From: a candidate division WOR-3 bacterium
GTDB lineage: Bacteria; Hydrothermota; Hydrothermia; Hydrothermales; Hydrothermaceae
Direction of reading: 5' to 3'
Assembly: GCA_039803745.1 (NCBI GenBank)
Contig: JBDRZD010000027.1
Span: 1 to 26,276, forward strand
DNA: 26,276 nucleotides
The position numbers and the translations under genes are program-made. Positions 1 through 9,447 of this stretch are shown one piece after another; position 1 is the stretch's first letter; each line of letters starts with the position of its first letter. The notes beneath the pieces are model-generated. The model was not told the origin of the DNA. It was given only the letters and a program-made list of their open reading frames with translations, and searched no databases.

Positions 1-50
1 TAGAAATTAATTTTTCACAAGACGCAGTTATTGATGAAAAAAATTTTTGA
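1..50 (+). CDS. Possible 3' end of a gene entering from the left (…EINFSQDAVIDEKNF*), convergent with the 122..2341 gene
   Basis: Open frame 3-50 ending in TGA with plausible codon usage; too short to identify. Confidence 0.3.
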   Translation, partial: EINFSQDAVIDEKNF

Positions 51-121
51 ATATAAAGCATCAAGATGATTTAGAAAATTAAATTTCCACCTCGGAGGAT
101 AAAATTTTTAACTTTTTACTT

Positions 122-2341
122 TTAAAATTTTATAATTTTTTGTGTTTTACTCTTTCTGCCAAATAAAATTTCAAGAAAATAAATACCTTTTTCTTTAAAG
201 GGAAATTTAAGGTCAAGATAAATTTTTCCTTCTTTTACTTTTCCATTCCAGAGTTTTGCTTTTCTTCCTGAAACATCATAAGCATTTATTTTTAAGAAAT
301 CTTCGTATGGGACCATAAGTTCAATTTTAATATTTTCTTTAAATAAAGGATAAAGTTTTGAAAAATCCGTTTCGCGTTTATAGTCTTCAAAAACAGGTAT
401 ATCTTTACTTACATAAAACCCTCTTCCCGCATGATATATAAAAACTCCATTGTTTCCAGCGATGATTCCTATTCCATATGTAAATGGAAGAGTATCAACA
501 TAAAAATTATTTCCTCCATCATTTGAATAAAATACTGCTTCTATGGAATCTGAGAGGCTTGAAAGGACATAAAGGATACCATTTGGTGAGACAGAATGAT
601 CAACAACATAACCTAAATTTGTTAAAGGCAATAAATTCTGTGTTTCAACTTCATACCTCCAGAGTGTATCACCATAGCCTGCATAGAGTATATTTCTTGT
701 CTCGTCATATGAAATAGAACCACCTCTTGTAATAGTAGGTATTGCTCCCCAATTTTCTCCTTTATTATAGCTTACAAAAACACCTTCATCAATAGAAACA
801 AATGTTGTATCAAGTCCTTCAAAAAACCATAAAGGAACTTCATAATTAAAAACAGGTGAGAAATTTTTCCCTCTTTCTATTGAGCGGTAGACAAAATAGG
901 GATAATCATCATTATTTATAGCAAGGATTATTGAATCACTCCTTAAAATATGTAAATCATATGATGAAAAATTTGAATCAACAGGCTCCCATGAAGTGCC
1001 ACCATCAAAACTTCTGAAAATTGTGTAAAGACTTGGTTGAGTGGCTCCCCATACTATATCCAGAGCAGAGGCGATCAAAAAAGAAGGATTTGTAGGTGAA
1101 TAATCAACACTTGACCCGCCTTCTACATTTGAAATGAAAAAGTTCTTGATTATATTCCAGTTTGTTCCAAAATTAGATGTTTTGTAAATAACGCCACCAA
1201 GATTTATAAAATAAAAATCATTGTTATATATTCTTGAAACATTTCCTTTTGAAAAAAGAGCATGGGCATATAATCCTGTATTTGATAAATTCCATGTATT
1301 CCCTCCATCTTCACTCTTTAAAACTCCTATTCCAAGTGTCCCTGCAATAAATTTATTTCCAATTGCCTTTGATATATTAACACATACTTCCCTTGTTTCA
1401 ACCCTTGTAAAGTCCCATATTGTTCCTACTTTTACTCCTTTAAATATCCCCTGATTTATTATAGAAGAAACTAAAATTGTATTAGGATTTACGAATTCAA
1501 CATCCAATGGAAAAATAAGTGTATCAAGAAATGCAGTGAAGACTTGATTCCATGGACCTCCATAATTTGTTGCTTCAAAAAGCCCGTTTGGTGTTGTTAT
1601 AAAGGAATGATTCTGGTTTGCAGGAGATATTTCAAAATCAAATGCTTCTCCTCCTGATATTATTGTATCAAGAGGAGCCCATGTAATTCCTCCATCCTGT
1701 GAACCATAAATTATTGTTAAAGAATCAATATTTCCTAATATTCTTACCATATCTGGTGAATTTTTAAGATGAGCAATATTTGTTACCCATAAATAATCAG
1801 GAAGATAGCCGCGAATTTCCCAGGTTTGTCCCTTATCAACACTTCTCCATACTCTTGGTGGAGAATAATCAACAGCATATATAATTGTATCAGGTTGTTC
1901 AGAAGTTATTGCCTGAAATCCTTCAAAATAATGAACTGTATTCCATGTATTCCCTTTATTCTCTGTTCTATAAAGAATATCATTATTTATAAATAATGCA
2001 ATTGAATCAGAAATTATTAATACATCACCTTCATAGGGAAATGAATATTCAAATTGTGGAACTAAATTCCAGGTATTTCCAACATCTTGGGATTCCCATA
2101 AATCAACAAAGGAGATGGCAAAAACCCAATCTGTCTGGGGATTATTTCTTAGAATCATTATTTCTCCACCTTCAGGTCCAACAAATTGCCATGTAGCATT
2201 TCCTTTTATATTTCCCTTTTTAAATTTCGGTATTTTTTGAATTTTTTCGAGAGTTTTTTTATTGACCTCTTTAAAATTATTAATAATTTTCAAGCCGGGA
2301 TTTAAAATTAAACAGATCATCATTATTTTAATTATCCCCAT
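122..2341 (-). CDS. Secreted VPS10/BNR (Asp-box) beta-propeller protein with T9SS-like C-terminal sorting domain
   Basis: About 11 Asp-box-like motifs (SQDVGNTW, SVDKGQTW, SQDGGITW, SEDGGNTW, SFDGGTSW, SNDGGNNF…); N-terminal WQFVGPEGG typical of VPS10/GH74-like propellers; C-terminal YDVSGRK…GIYFL; AAGGAGG Shine-Dalgarno upstream. Confidence 0.8.
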   Translation of the reverse strand: MGIIKIMMICLILNPGLKIINNFKEVNKKTLEKIQKIPKFKKGNIKGNATWQFVGPEGGEIMILRNNPQTDWVFAISFVDLWESQDVGNTWNLVPQFEYSFPYEGDVLIISDSIALFINNDILYRTENKGNTWNTVHYFEGFQAITSEQPDTIIYAVDYSPPRVWRSVDKGQTWEIRGYLPDYLWVTNIAHLKNSPDMVRILGNIDSLTIIYGSQDGGITWAPLDTIISGGEAFDFEISPANQNHSFITTPNGLFEATNYGGPWNQVFTAFLDTLIFPLDVEFVNPNTILVSSIINQGIFKGVKVGTIWDFTRVETREVCVNISKAIGNKFIAGTLGIGVLKSEDGGNTWNLSNTGLYAHALFSKGNVSRIYNNDFYFINLGGVIYKTSNFGTNWNIIKNFFISNVEGGSSVDYSPTNPSFLIASALDIVWGATQPSLYTIFRSFDGGTSWEPVDSNFSSYDLHILRSDSIILAINNDDYPYFVYRSIERGKNFSPVFNYEVPLWFFEGLDTTFVSIDEGVFVSYNKGENWGAIPTITRGGSISYDETRNILYAGYGDTLWRYEVETQNLLPLTNLGYVVDHSVSPNGILYVLSSLSDSIEAVFYSNDGGNNFYVDTLPFTYGIGIIAGNNGVFIYHAGRGFYVSKDIPVFEDYKRETDFSKLYPLFKENIKIELMVPYEDFLKINAYDVSGRKAKLWNGKVKEGKIYLDLKFPFKEKGIYFLEILFGRKSKTQKIIKF

Positions 2342-4106
2342 ATTTGCCTCCTTTTAATTTCAATATTTTTTTATTCTTTCCTTTTAAGTTTAAAAAATAA
2401 ATTCCAGTTTTATTATAAAGATTCACCTTTCTTCCTGTTAAATCAAATACAGAGATTTCATCTGAATTTTTAAAATGAGATGAAAAATTTTTCTCTTTAA
2501 TTTTTATTAAAACCATTCTTGCAAACCATGCATCATCAGTTGAATTATCAGGTGCAGGATGACACCATGCTACTCCTGCAACCCCATTTTTAACATCGAT
2601 TGCATTATAGTCTCCGATAAAGGTTTGCCATACAGGTGGCTTTGTATAATCATTTACTTTCATACTTTGAGAAAAACTTGCTCCATAATCTTCTGAATAT
2701 GCATAATAAACATCAAGATTATAACCACCTGTTCTTGTATCATACCATATTACATGAATTTTTCCATTCTCATCGCAAGATATCCACGGGAAAAATTGAT
2801 GTCCCTGCGTTATATCATTTACCCTTACAGGTGTGCTGAAACTTGCTCCTCCATTGGTTGACTTTGTAAAATAAATATCCCAGTTTGTTCTTCCAGGGTC
2901 GGTTGATTGATAAACAATATAAATATATCCTGTATTCATATCAATATCCATTGAAGGTATTGGATAACATCTCCATGGTAAAAGATTGTCATTTACATAA
3001 AGGTCAGCAACATGAACTTTTGGCAAGAATGTATTCCCGCCGTCCGTAGATTTTCTTATCCATATTCCTTCATCATATTGTGAATTTTGTGGATAATCAA
3101 GTCCCCACATAACATATATTTCTCCATTAGGTCCTTTTTTTGGCATTGAGCCATTTCCCGATGTATTTATCAATACAGGAGATGAAAAAGAGGCGCCCCC
3201 ATTTGTTGATTTCATGAAATAAACATCAAATCCTGGACCACCAGCATAGGTTAAAAGAATTGTATCATTATATGCACTTATCCATGGTTTATCATCAAAA
3301 TATGAATCATTTGTAACATTTATTGAATTGGTCCATGTTGTTCCACCATTCGGTGAAATCAAAAGACCTATATCTCCTGTCCATGTTTGTCTATTAAAGG
3401 TGATAAACGCAAAGTATAAGGTGTCTCCTTTTCCCCAGGCAAGAACTGGGTCGCCCTGTTCAGGATACCAGAGTCCATTTGCAGGAAGCTGATTATTTGA
3501 CCATGTTTTTCCTGAATCAACAGAATATGACATTCCAACAGTTACATTTGTATTTCCTCTGTAATCATTCCATCCAGCAGCAATCTTCGCTCCTTTTATT
3601 ACACAAGTTAGTTCATTCTGCGGTTTTCCATCAGGGGGAGTAATTAGATCAATATTCGGTTCAAATGGTGGAGAATTTTTTATTTCATAAAATTCAATTT
3701 CCTTTTTTAATTTTTCAATATATTTTTCATTTTTTATTGCTTCAAATATTTCTCTTTCCAATTTCCCATTTGATTTTCTTTCTTCGTAAACAGGTGGTAT
3801 AAAAATTTTTTCAGGATATCCAAGAACCTTAATGTATGAATCAATCTCTAAAATTGTGCTTTCTCTCTTTTCTTTTAATTTTATTTTAATTTCAAATAAA
3901 AGTTCTTTCCATATTTTCTTTACTATTTTATCGCAATCTTCAAGAATTATGTATTCTTCTATATTTTTTTCAATTCTACCTTTCATAATGTATGTATCTT
4001 CTTTTTTCTCAGCATAAAAATTTTTAAGAAGTATTTCTTCTATTCCCTTTTTTTCTGTTTTTAAAGAAAACACCAATCCCCATATTGTGATAAATAGTAT
4101 TTTCAT
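2328..4106 (-). CDS. Secreted sialidase-like BNR/Asp-box propeller protein with an extra N-terminal K/E-rich domain and a short CTD
   Basis: Six Asp-boxes (SVDSGKTW, SPNGGTTW, STNGGASF x2, STDGGNTF, SEDYGASF); QNE/GDP/DKPW/QFFPW/FIGDY motifs seen in BNR sialidase-family proteins; C-terminal FDLTGRK…GIYFL; AAGGAGG SD. Confidence 0.78.
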   Translation of the reverse strand: MKILFITIWGLVFSLKTEKKGIEEILLKNFYAEKKEDTYIMKGRIEKNIEEYIILEDCDKIVKKIWKELLFEIKIKLKEKRESTILEIDSYIKVLGYPEKIFIPPVYEERKSNGKLEREIFEAIKNEKYIEKLKKEIEFYEIKNSPPFEPNIDLITPPDGKPQNELTCVIKGAKIAAGWNDYRGNTNVTVGMSYSVDSGKTWSNNQLPANGLWYPEQGDPVLAWGKGDTLYFAFITFNRQTWTGDIGLLISPNGGTTWTNSINVTNDSYFDDKPWISAYNDTILLTYAGGPGFDVYFMKSTNGGASFSSPVLINTSGNGSMPKKGPNGEIYVMWGLDYPQNSQYDEGIWIRKSTDGGNTFLPKVHVADLYVNDNLLPWRCYPIPSMDIDMNTGYIYIVYQSTDPGRTNWDIYFTKSTNGGASFSTPVRVNDITQGHQFFPWISCDENGKIHVIWYDTRTGGYNLDVYYAYSEDYGASFSQSMKVNDYTKPPVWQTFIGDYNAIDVKNGVAGVAWCHPAPDNSTDDAWFARMVLIKIKEKNFSSHFKNSDEISVFDLTGRKVNLYNKTGIYFLNLKGKNKKILKLKGGKYGDN

Positions 4107-4129
4107 TTTTTCCTCCTTTTAATGATTTA

Positions 4130-4159
4130 ATCATATGGTTTTTGGTAAAATAAATTCAA
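4130..4159 (-). promoter_or_regulatory. Putative sigma70-type promoter for 4106 (TTGAAT-18 bp-TATGAT)
   Basis: Minus-strand -35 at 4154-4159 and -10 at 4130-4135; the AT-rich background lowers specificity. Confidence 0.4.
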
Positions 4160-4240
4160 ATTTAAATTACATTAAATAATTGTAAATGATAAAAATAGTA
4201 AGGGAAAAAATTGTTTTCATTTTATTCTTTTAAAATTTTG

Positions 4241-5974
4241 TTATTTTAAGATAAATTTTCCTGTAACTTTTTCCTTTTGGGTTTCAAGATTTAAAAAATA
4301 TATTCCTGAAGAAATCCCTATTCTATCCAATTTTAATTCATATTTACCCCTTAAATTTTCATTAAACAGTTTATAAACTTCTCTTCCTGTTATATCAAAA
4401 ATTCTCAAAGTTGTTGATGATTTATAAGGAATTTCATATATTATATTTTTACCATTCCAGAAAATTTTTGCTTTTTCATATTTTAAACTCCTATCAAACT
4501 CTTTTATCCCGACTTCTCTGATTCCCATTAACATTTTAATAGTGGAAGGACCTCCCTGTCCCTGCGATGCAAACCCAGGGTCGTCATCAAAGTAAACTCC
4601 CCAGTATACTAAATCAAGATTTCCAGTATTAGGAATTATGGGTGAAATTACAGGAAATGTTAACCAGTCATTATTGTCACTTCCCGGCACATTATCACTT
4701 TCTAAAAGAATTTCCTCTGTCCATGTTGCTCCATTATCCACTGATCTTGCAAGAATTATTCTTGTTGGAGCAAGTGTGTCATTCGTTGAGCTGATTACAA
4801 ATCTTCCTGGCTCTTGTATTGCTTCCTCCCATATTGCATATAGAGTTCCATTTATTCTTTCTTGACCAATCTGGCTTCTTCCGGCACGCACATCACATTC
4901 ATAATAATAGTTAGAGAGTGTTTTGATATGGTGAATTGAATATAAATTGGTTTGTGGATTGTAAGAAAAATGTAATACATAAACAGGGTAAAAATTTGAA
5001 GAGTAATATTGAGTAAAAATGATAAGATGTATGTTTTTGCTTTTATCAATGAATAAATTTTCAGTGAATCCTGATGATAAGTATGGGTATCCATTTTGCA
5101 TAAGTATTTGTGTTATATTAATCATTATTGGCATTCCACCATAATACATATCTCCTTCCATTGTATCAATAAGCATGATCATATGATGAGGGGTTATCGC
5201 TCTACAGTATATCACAGCAAGCACTCTTGAAAATGGATCAGCATAAAGCCCATAAAAAGGACCACCACCTTCTGTTTCAAGAGGAATATATCCATCCCAG
5301 GAGGGATTGTTCAGATCACGAATTCTATTATACATAATTGCATAAGGAATACCACTCATATGCCCGTCATAATCAGTAAATATCTTATGTAAATATCCAC
5401 TCATTGTACTTCCTACATGTGGCCATACTTCATTTATCTCCTGTCCAGAAACATGAACATATTCTCCTGAGAAGTTTCTTGGATCAAATGGAGTATCAGG
5501 CCACCATACATCACCTGTATAATTAGTAGGATCCATATGAGCAGTGAATACAGGATGATAAAGATATGTAGCATTTCCATAAATTACTGCCATGTTTCCA
5601 TATCTACTCCTATTAACTGGCAAATAGGGTGTATCAGGTGGTCTTACCCATTGGTTATTATTTATATCAAAAAAATTCCAGACCCGATATCTTCCAGTTA
5701 TTCCTGGTGGGTCCTGGAACATCATTGTTCCGTATACACCTCTTATCGGTTCATCAAAAATTGCCCACAACAAAGTTGGGGTTGAGGCTACTCCCTGAAA
5801 ATCACAGTTTGAGTTATAATTTACAATTGCCTCGGTTATGGTGTCATATATTATTTCAACAGAGGATTGGAGGATAGAAAAATCTTTTTGGTTTGTGGCA
5901 TTCGCAGATACTTTTATATAAGATAAAGCGATTAAATTCCCCATTGTTATGATATTTATTAAACCCCTTTTCAT
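4241..5974 (-). CDS. Secreted protein of unknown function with T9SS-like CTD (one Asp-box)
   Basis: 577-aa ORF; SVDNGATW; C-terminal IFDITGREV…SSGIYFLNL; GGGGGTG SD. Confidence 0.75.
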   Translation of the reverse strand: MKRGLINIITMGNLIALSYIKVSANATNQKDFSILQSSVEIIYDTITEAIVNYNSNCDFQGVASTPTLLWAIFDEPIRGVYGTMMFQDPPGITGRYRVWNFFDINNNQWVRPPDTPYLPVNRSRYGNMAVIYGNATYLYHPVFTAHMDPTNYTGDVWWPDTPFDPRNFSGEYVHVSGQEINEVWPHVGSTMSGYLHKIFTDYDGHMSGIPYAIMYNRIRDLNNPSWDGYIPLETEGGGPFYGLYADPFSRVLAVIYCRAITPHHMIMLIDTMEGDMYYGGMPIMINITQILMQNGYPYLSSGFTENLFIDKSKNIHLIIFTQYYSSNFYPVYVLHFSYNPQTNLYSIHHIKTLSNYYYECDVRAGRSQIGQERINGTLYAIWEEAIQEPGRFVISSTNDTLAPTRIILARSVDNGATWTEEILLESDNVPGSDNNDWLTFPVISPIIPNTGNLDLVYWGVYFDDDPGFASQGQGGPSTIKMLMGIREVGIKEFDRSLKYEKAKIFWNGKNIIYEIPYKSSTTLRIFDITGREVYKLFNENLRGKYELKLDRIGISSGIYFLNLETQKEKVTGKFILK

Positions 5975-6000
5975 CTTTCACCCCCTGAATTATTTTTAAA

Positions 6001-6065
6001 ATTTTAATAAAAAATCAAAATTCTTTTCAATCAATATGCAACTTTTATATAAATTCCTTTATAAT
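6001..6065. promoter_or_regulatory. Divergent promoter region (minus: TTGAAA-18-TAAAAT 6030..6001; plus: TATAAT 6060-6065)
   Basis: Hexamer matches in the 113-bp gap between divergent genes; AGGAGG SD precedes 6088. Confidence 0.35.
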
Positions 6066-6087
6066 TTTATTTTAAACAGGAGGATTT

Positions 6088-7773
6088 ATGAAATTTTTTA
6101 TTCTTTTATTTCTTTTAATTAATAATGGAGAAATAATAAGGGATGAAAAGTTGCTCCCCAAGTTTATGACAGATGAAGAAATTTTGAAATCTTTTGAAAT
6201 CGGTAAATATCTTCAAAAAGGTCCTCCACCTTCTTATCCTGTAAGAACCCATGCAGAATATGAGAGGGTTCAATGTGTTTTCTTTAGGTGGCCTTATTCC
6301 TCTTCCTGGAATTATATATGGAGAGAAATGATAAGAGAAGTTTCTGAGGTAACAAAAGCATATATCATAACTGCATATCCATCTGATACAACTTCTATAA
6401 AGAATTATCTTTTGCAGGGTGGAGTAAATATTGATTCAGTTAGATTTTTTATTGTTTCAACAAATTCTGTATGGATAAGAGATTATGGTCCATGGAGTAT
6501 TTATGTAGAAAATGGTTCTCTTTCAATAATTGATTTTATTTATAATAGACCAAGACCACAGGATGACTCATTTCCTTCAAAATTAGGGCAGGCATGGAAT
6601 TTACCTGTTTATTTGCCCGATCTTATTCATCCAGGTGGAAATTTTATGGTTGATGGTAATGGTGTTGGATTTTCAACAGAACTTATATACCAGGAAAACA
6701 ATTTGACTCCTTCACAGATTGCCCAGATTATGAAGGACTATCTTGGTCTTGAAAAGTTTGTTGTCGTTCCAAGAATTTTATATGAATATACAGGCCATAT
6801 AGATATTTTTGCGAAAATTTTAAATGATACCCTTGTTATGGTTGGAAAATATGATAATCCAAATGACCCAAACTATGCAAGACTAAATCAGATTGCTGAT
6901 TCAATATCCCATGTCCAAAACCTTGATGGAAAATATTTTAAAGTTGTAAGAATTATAATGCCAGAATCTTTTTCCCCTTCCCATACAACAGGTGCAACTT
7001 ATCTAAATTCCCTTTTTGTAAATGGTAAGATTCTTGTTCCAATATATGGATTACCTCAGGACCCTGAGGCATTACAGGTTTATCAACAGGCACTTCCTGA
7101 TTATGAAGTTATTGGAATAAATTGTTCTGCAATGGTGGGCTCAGGTGGTGCGATTCACTGTGTTACAATGGGTTTTGCCCCAAAGGATTTTTTGCCACCT
7201 GAGGTAATCCATAATCCATTACAGGATACATCAATTTCATACTGGCCACTCACAGTTTTTGCAGAGGTTTTTGATAATTTAAAAGTTTATAGAGTTTATC
7301 TGATATATAATATAAATCATCAAGATTCAACTATGTTAAGAATGCTTAAAGTAGAAAACACTGATAGTTTTTATAGAGAATTTGAAGGTAATGTAAATGT
7401 TGGTGATTCTATCTTTTATAGAATTTTAGCAATAGACGGAGCGTTTAATAAAACTTATCTTCCCCAAAATGGTTATTTCGCATTTAAGATAAAACCTGAA
7501 ACCCAAGTTTCAGAAAAGAGGAAAGATAATAAAGTGAAAGTTTATTTTTCTAATAAAACTTTATTCATATCTTCAAATGATGAAGATGATTTAAATTTAT
7601 ATTTATATGATATCTCTGGAAGAAAACTTCTTAATTTTAAAATTTTGATTGAAAAAGGAATTAAAAAGATTAACCTTTCTAATTTAAAAAATGGAACTTA
7701 TTTCTTAAAATTAAAGTCAAAAAATTATGATGGCAAATTTAAATTTTTAAATTTAAAAGGAGGAAATAAATGA
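6088..7773 (+). CDS. Secreted agmatine/peptidyl-arginine deiminase (PAD_porph family) with Ig-like domain and T9SS-like CTD
   Basis: Motifs SVWIRDYGP, GGN, TGHID, YLN and GGAIHCVT (catalytic Cys); hydrophobic N-terminus; C-terminal LYDISGRK…NGTYFLKL. Confidence 0.88.
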   Translation: MKFFILLFLLINNGEIIRDEKLLPKFMTDEEILKSFEIGKYLQKGPPPSYPVRTHAEYERVQCVFFRWPYSSSWNYIWREMIREVSEVTKAYIITAYPSDTTSIKNYLLQGGVNIDSVRFFIVSTNSVWIRDYGPWSIYVENGSLSIIDFIYNRPRPQDDSFPSKLGQAWNLPVYLPDLIHPGGNFMVDGNGVGFSTELIYQENNLTPSQIAQIMKDYLGLEKFVVVPRILYEYTGHIDIFAKILNDTLVMVGKYDNPNDPNYARLNQIADSISHVQNLDGKYFKVVRIIMPESFSPSHTTGATYLNSLFVNGKILVPIYGLPQDPEALQVYQQALPDYEVIGINCSAMVGSGGAIHCVTMGFAPKDFLPPEVIHNPLQDTSISYWPLTVFAEVFDNLKVYRVYLIYNINHQDSTMLRMLKVENTDSFYREFEGNVNVGDSIFYRILAIDGAFNKTYLPQNGYFAFKIKPETQVSEKRKDNKVKVYFSNKTLFISSNDEDDLNLYLYDISGRKLLNFKILIEKGIKKINLSNLKNGTYFLKLKSKNYDGKFKFLNLKGGNK

Positions 7774-8597
7774 AGAAAATAAGTATAATAATAACAGGGC
7801 TTGTAATCTTAACATCATGTAAGAAAGAAAAATATACTGATGAAGATGCATTGATTGACCTTATAAAGTCAAATCCGATTTTCAATCAAAGAACACCTGC
7901 TGGAAGTGATTCTGCCCGTATATTTTTAATGGGTGATATAAACCCGCTTTTCTGGGGAAGGGAAATTAAAAATATACCTCCTTCTAATATAAAAATTTAT
8001 ATAATGGGAGATTCTGCCTTCGTTGATTATACAGGTTATGATGAGGGAATTTTTCATTTATGGGCATGGGTTCCTGATTCCCAGAAAATTAAATATTATA
8101 AAAAGAATTTTTCGGATATCTCCTATATAAAAGGAACATTTAAAAGAACCGGTGGTATAAGTGATCCTCATAGAGGATGGGAACTATGGAGTATAACAGG
8201 AATTCATGCTTTATCAAAAAATGCAAATCCTGATTTTTCAATTGATTCAATGGAAGTAAAACTTGGGAATAAAATTGTGAAAATAAGGAATCCTTTGACA
8301 TTTCAAAAAATTTCAGAAGTGGAAACGGTTCTAAAATATGATACTGTTGGAATAAAAGTTTTTGTGAATAAAGATGTTAATTATCCATACTTTCATGTTT
8401 TAGGACCAAATGATAAACATTATAGACTGTTTATGGATGAAATATCACCAGGGATATATGAAAAGAATGTTGTTGATTCATCTGATATTAAAGGTTTTCA
8501 CTGGTTGGTCGTTGATATTCTTAGTGATGAAACTTTAGGAAAAGAAGAAGGGGTTTATAAGACAGAGTTATGGTTTTATCTTTACTATAAAAAATGA
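7770..8597 (+). CDS. Putative lipoprotein of unknown function
   Basis: MKK + hydrophobic stretch + lipobox LTS-C; ATGA overlap with upstream gene; AGGAGG SD. Confidence 0.75.
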   Translation: MKKISIIITGLVILTSCKKEKYTDEDALIDLIKSNPIFNQRTPAGSDSARIFLMGDINPLFWGREIKNIPPSNIKIYIMGDSAFVDYTGYDEGIFHLWAWVPDSQKIKYYKKNFSDISYIKGTFKRTGGISDPHRGWELWSITGIHALSKNANPDFSIDSMEVKLGNKIVKIRNPLTFQKISEVETVLKYDTVGIKVFVNKDVNYPYFHVLGPNDKHYRLFMDEISPGIYEKNVVDSSDIKGFHWLVVDILSDETLGKEEGVYKTELWFYLYYKK

Positions 8598-9415
8598 AAA
8601 TATTTATTTCAATTGATATAGAAGGAATCCCAGGAGTTGTATCTCTTGAACATGCAAGAAAAGAGGGTAAGGATTATGAAAAAGCAAGGAAATGGATGAC
8701 CGATCATCTTTTATTAGTGGTAAATTCATTAAAAGAAAATGGGGTAAAAGAAATAGTTGTTAATGATTCCCATGGAGAGATGACAAATATTTTGCTTGAA
8801 GAGATTCCTGAAAATGTAAAAGTAATAACAGGACACTTAAAAAAACTTTCAATGCTTGAAGGTGTTGATGAATGTGATGCAGCAATTTTCTTGGGATATC
8901 ATTCAAGAGCAGGAAGTTATGGTGTGATGGATCATACATATTTTGGAAGGGTTGTTTATGAGGTGAGAATAAATAAAATTCCATATGGTGAATTTGGAAT
9001 AAATGCGTTTGTTGCAGGAAATTTTAATGTCCCTGTTATCCTTTTAAGTGGAGATGATGAGGTTGTTAAAGAGGCAAAATCTTTAATTCCTGAAATTGAA
9101 TATATTTTAACAAAGAAAAGAAGAAGCAGATTTTCTGCAATGCATTTTTCTTTTAAAGATGTTGAAAAAGAGATAAAATTAAGAATTCCAAAGGCGATAG
9201 AAAAATTTAAAAATAAAATTATAAAACCTTTGAAAATAGAAGATGAAATAGAAATAGAAGTTGATTTTATAAATACTGCAATGGCTGATATTGCAGAGAT
9301 TATGCCAAAAACAAAAAGGATTTCTCCAAGGACACTTTCTTATAAAACAGATGATATAATTGAGGCTTATCTTGCTTTAAGGACATGGATCGATTTAGCA
9401 AGTAATGTTCTTTGA
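8594..9415 (+). CDS. dppA: M55-family zinc D-aminopeptidase (B. subtilis DppA-like)
   Basis: MKIFISIDIEG, VNDSHG, FLGYHSRAG, DHT, GEFG and LSGDD metal-ligand motifs; typical ~270-aa length. Confidence 0.9.
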   Translation: MKIFISIDIEGIPGVVSLEHARKEGKDYEKARKWMTDHLLLVVNSLKENGVKEIVVNDSHGEMTNILLEEIPENVKVITGHLKKLSMLEGVDECDAAIFLGYHSRAGSYGVMDHTYFGRVVYEVRINKIPYGEFGINAFVAGNFNVPVILLSGDDEVVKEAKSLIPEIEYILTKKRRSRFSAMHFSFKDVEKEIKLRIPKAIEKFKNKIIKPLKIEDEIEIEVDFINTAMADIAEIMPKTKRISPRTLSYKTDDIIEAYLALRTWIDLASNVL

Positions 9416-9441
9416 TTAATCTTTAATTTTTTCTATATAAT
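9412..9441 (+). promoter_or_regulatory. Putative sigma70 promoter for glyQ (TTGATT-18-TATAAT), predicted start on the ATG
   Basis: TTGATT 9412-9417, TATAAT 9436-9441, ATG at 9448; no SD. Confidence 0.55.
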
Positions 9442-9447
9442 ATAAAA

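Noticed and set aside
122..4106. Calling the BNR proteins true sialidases or xyloglucanases
   Set aside because: Asp-boxes are structural motifs; I could not identify a FRIP motif/Arg triad or GH74 catalytic residues.
9416..9447. T-box riboswitch upstream of glyQS
   Set aside because: The gap is only 32 bp, with no T-box sequence or terminator.
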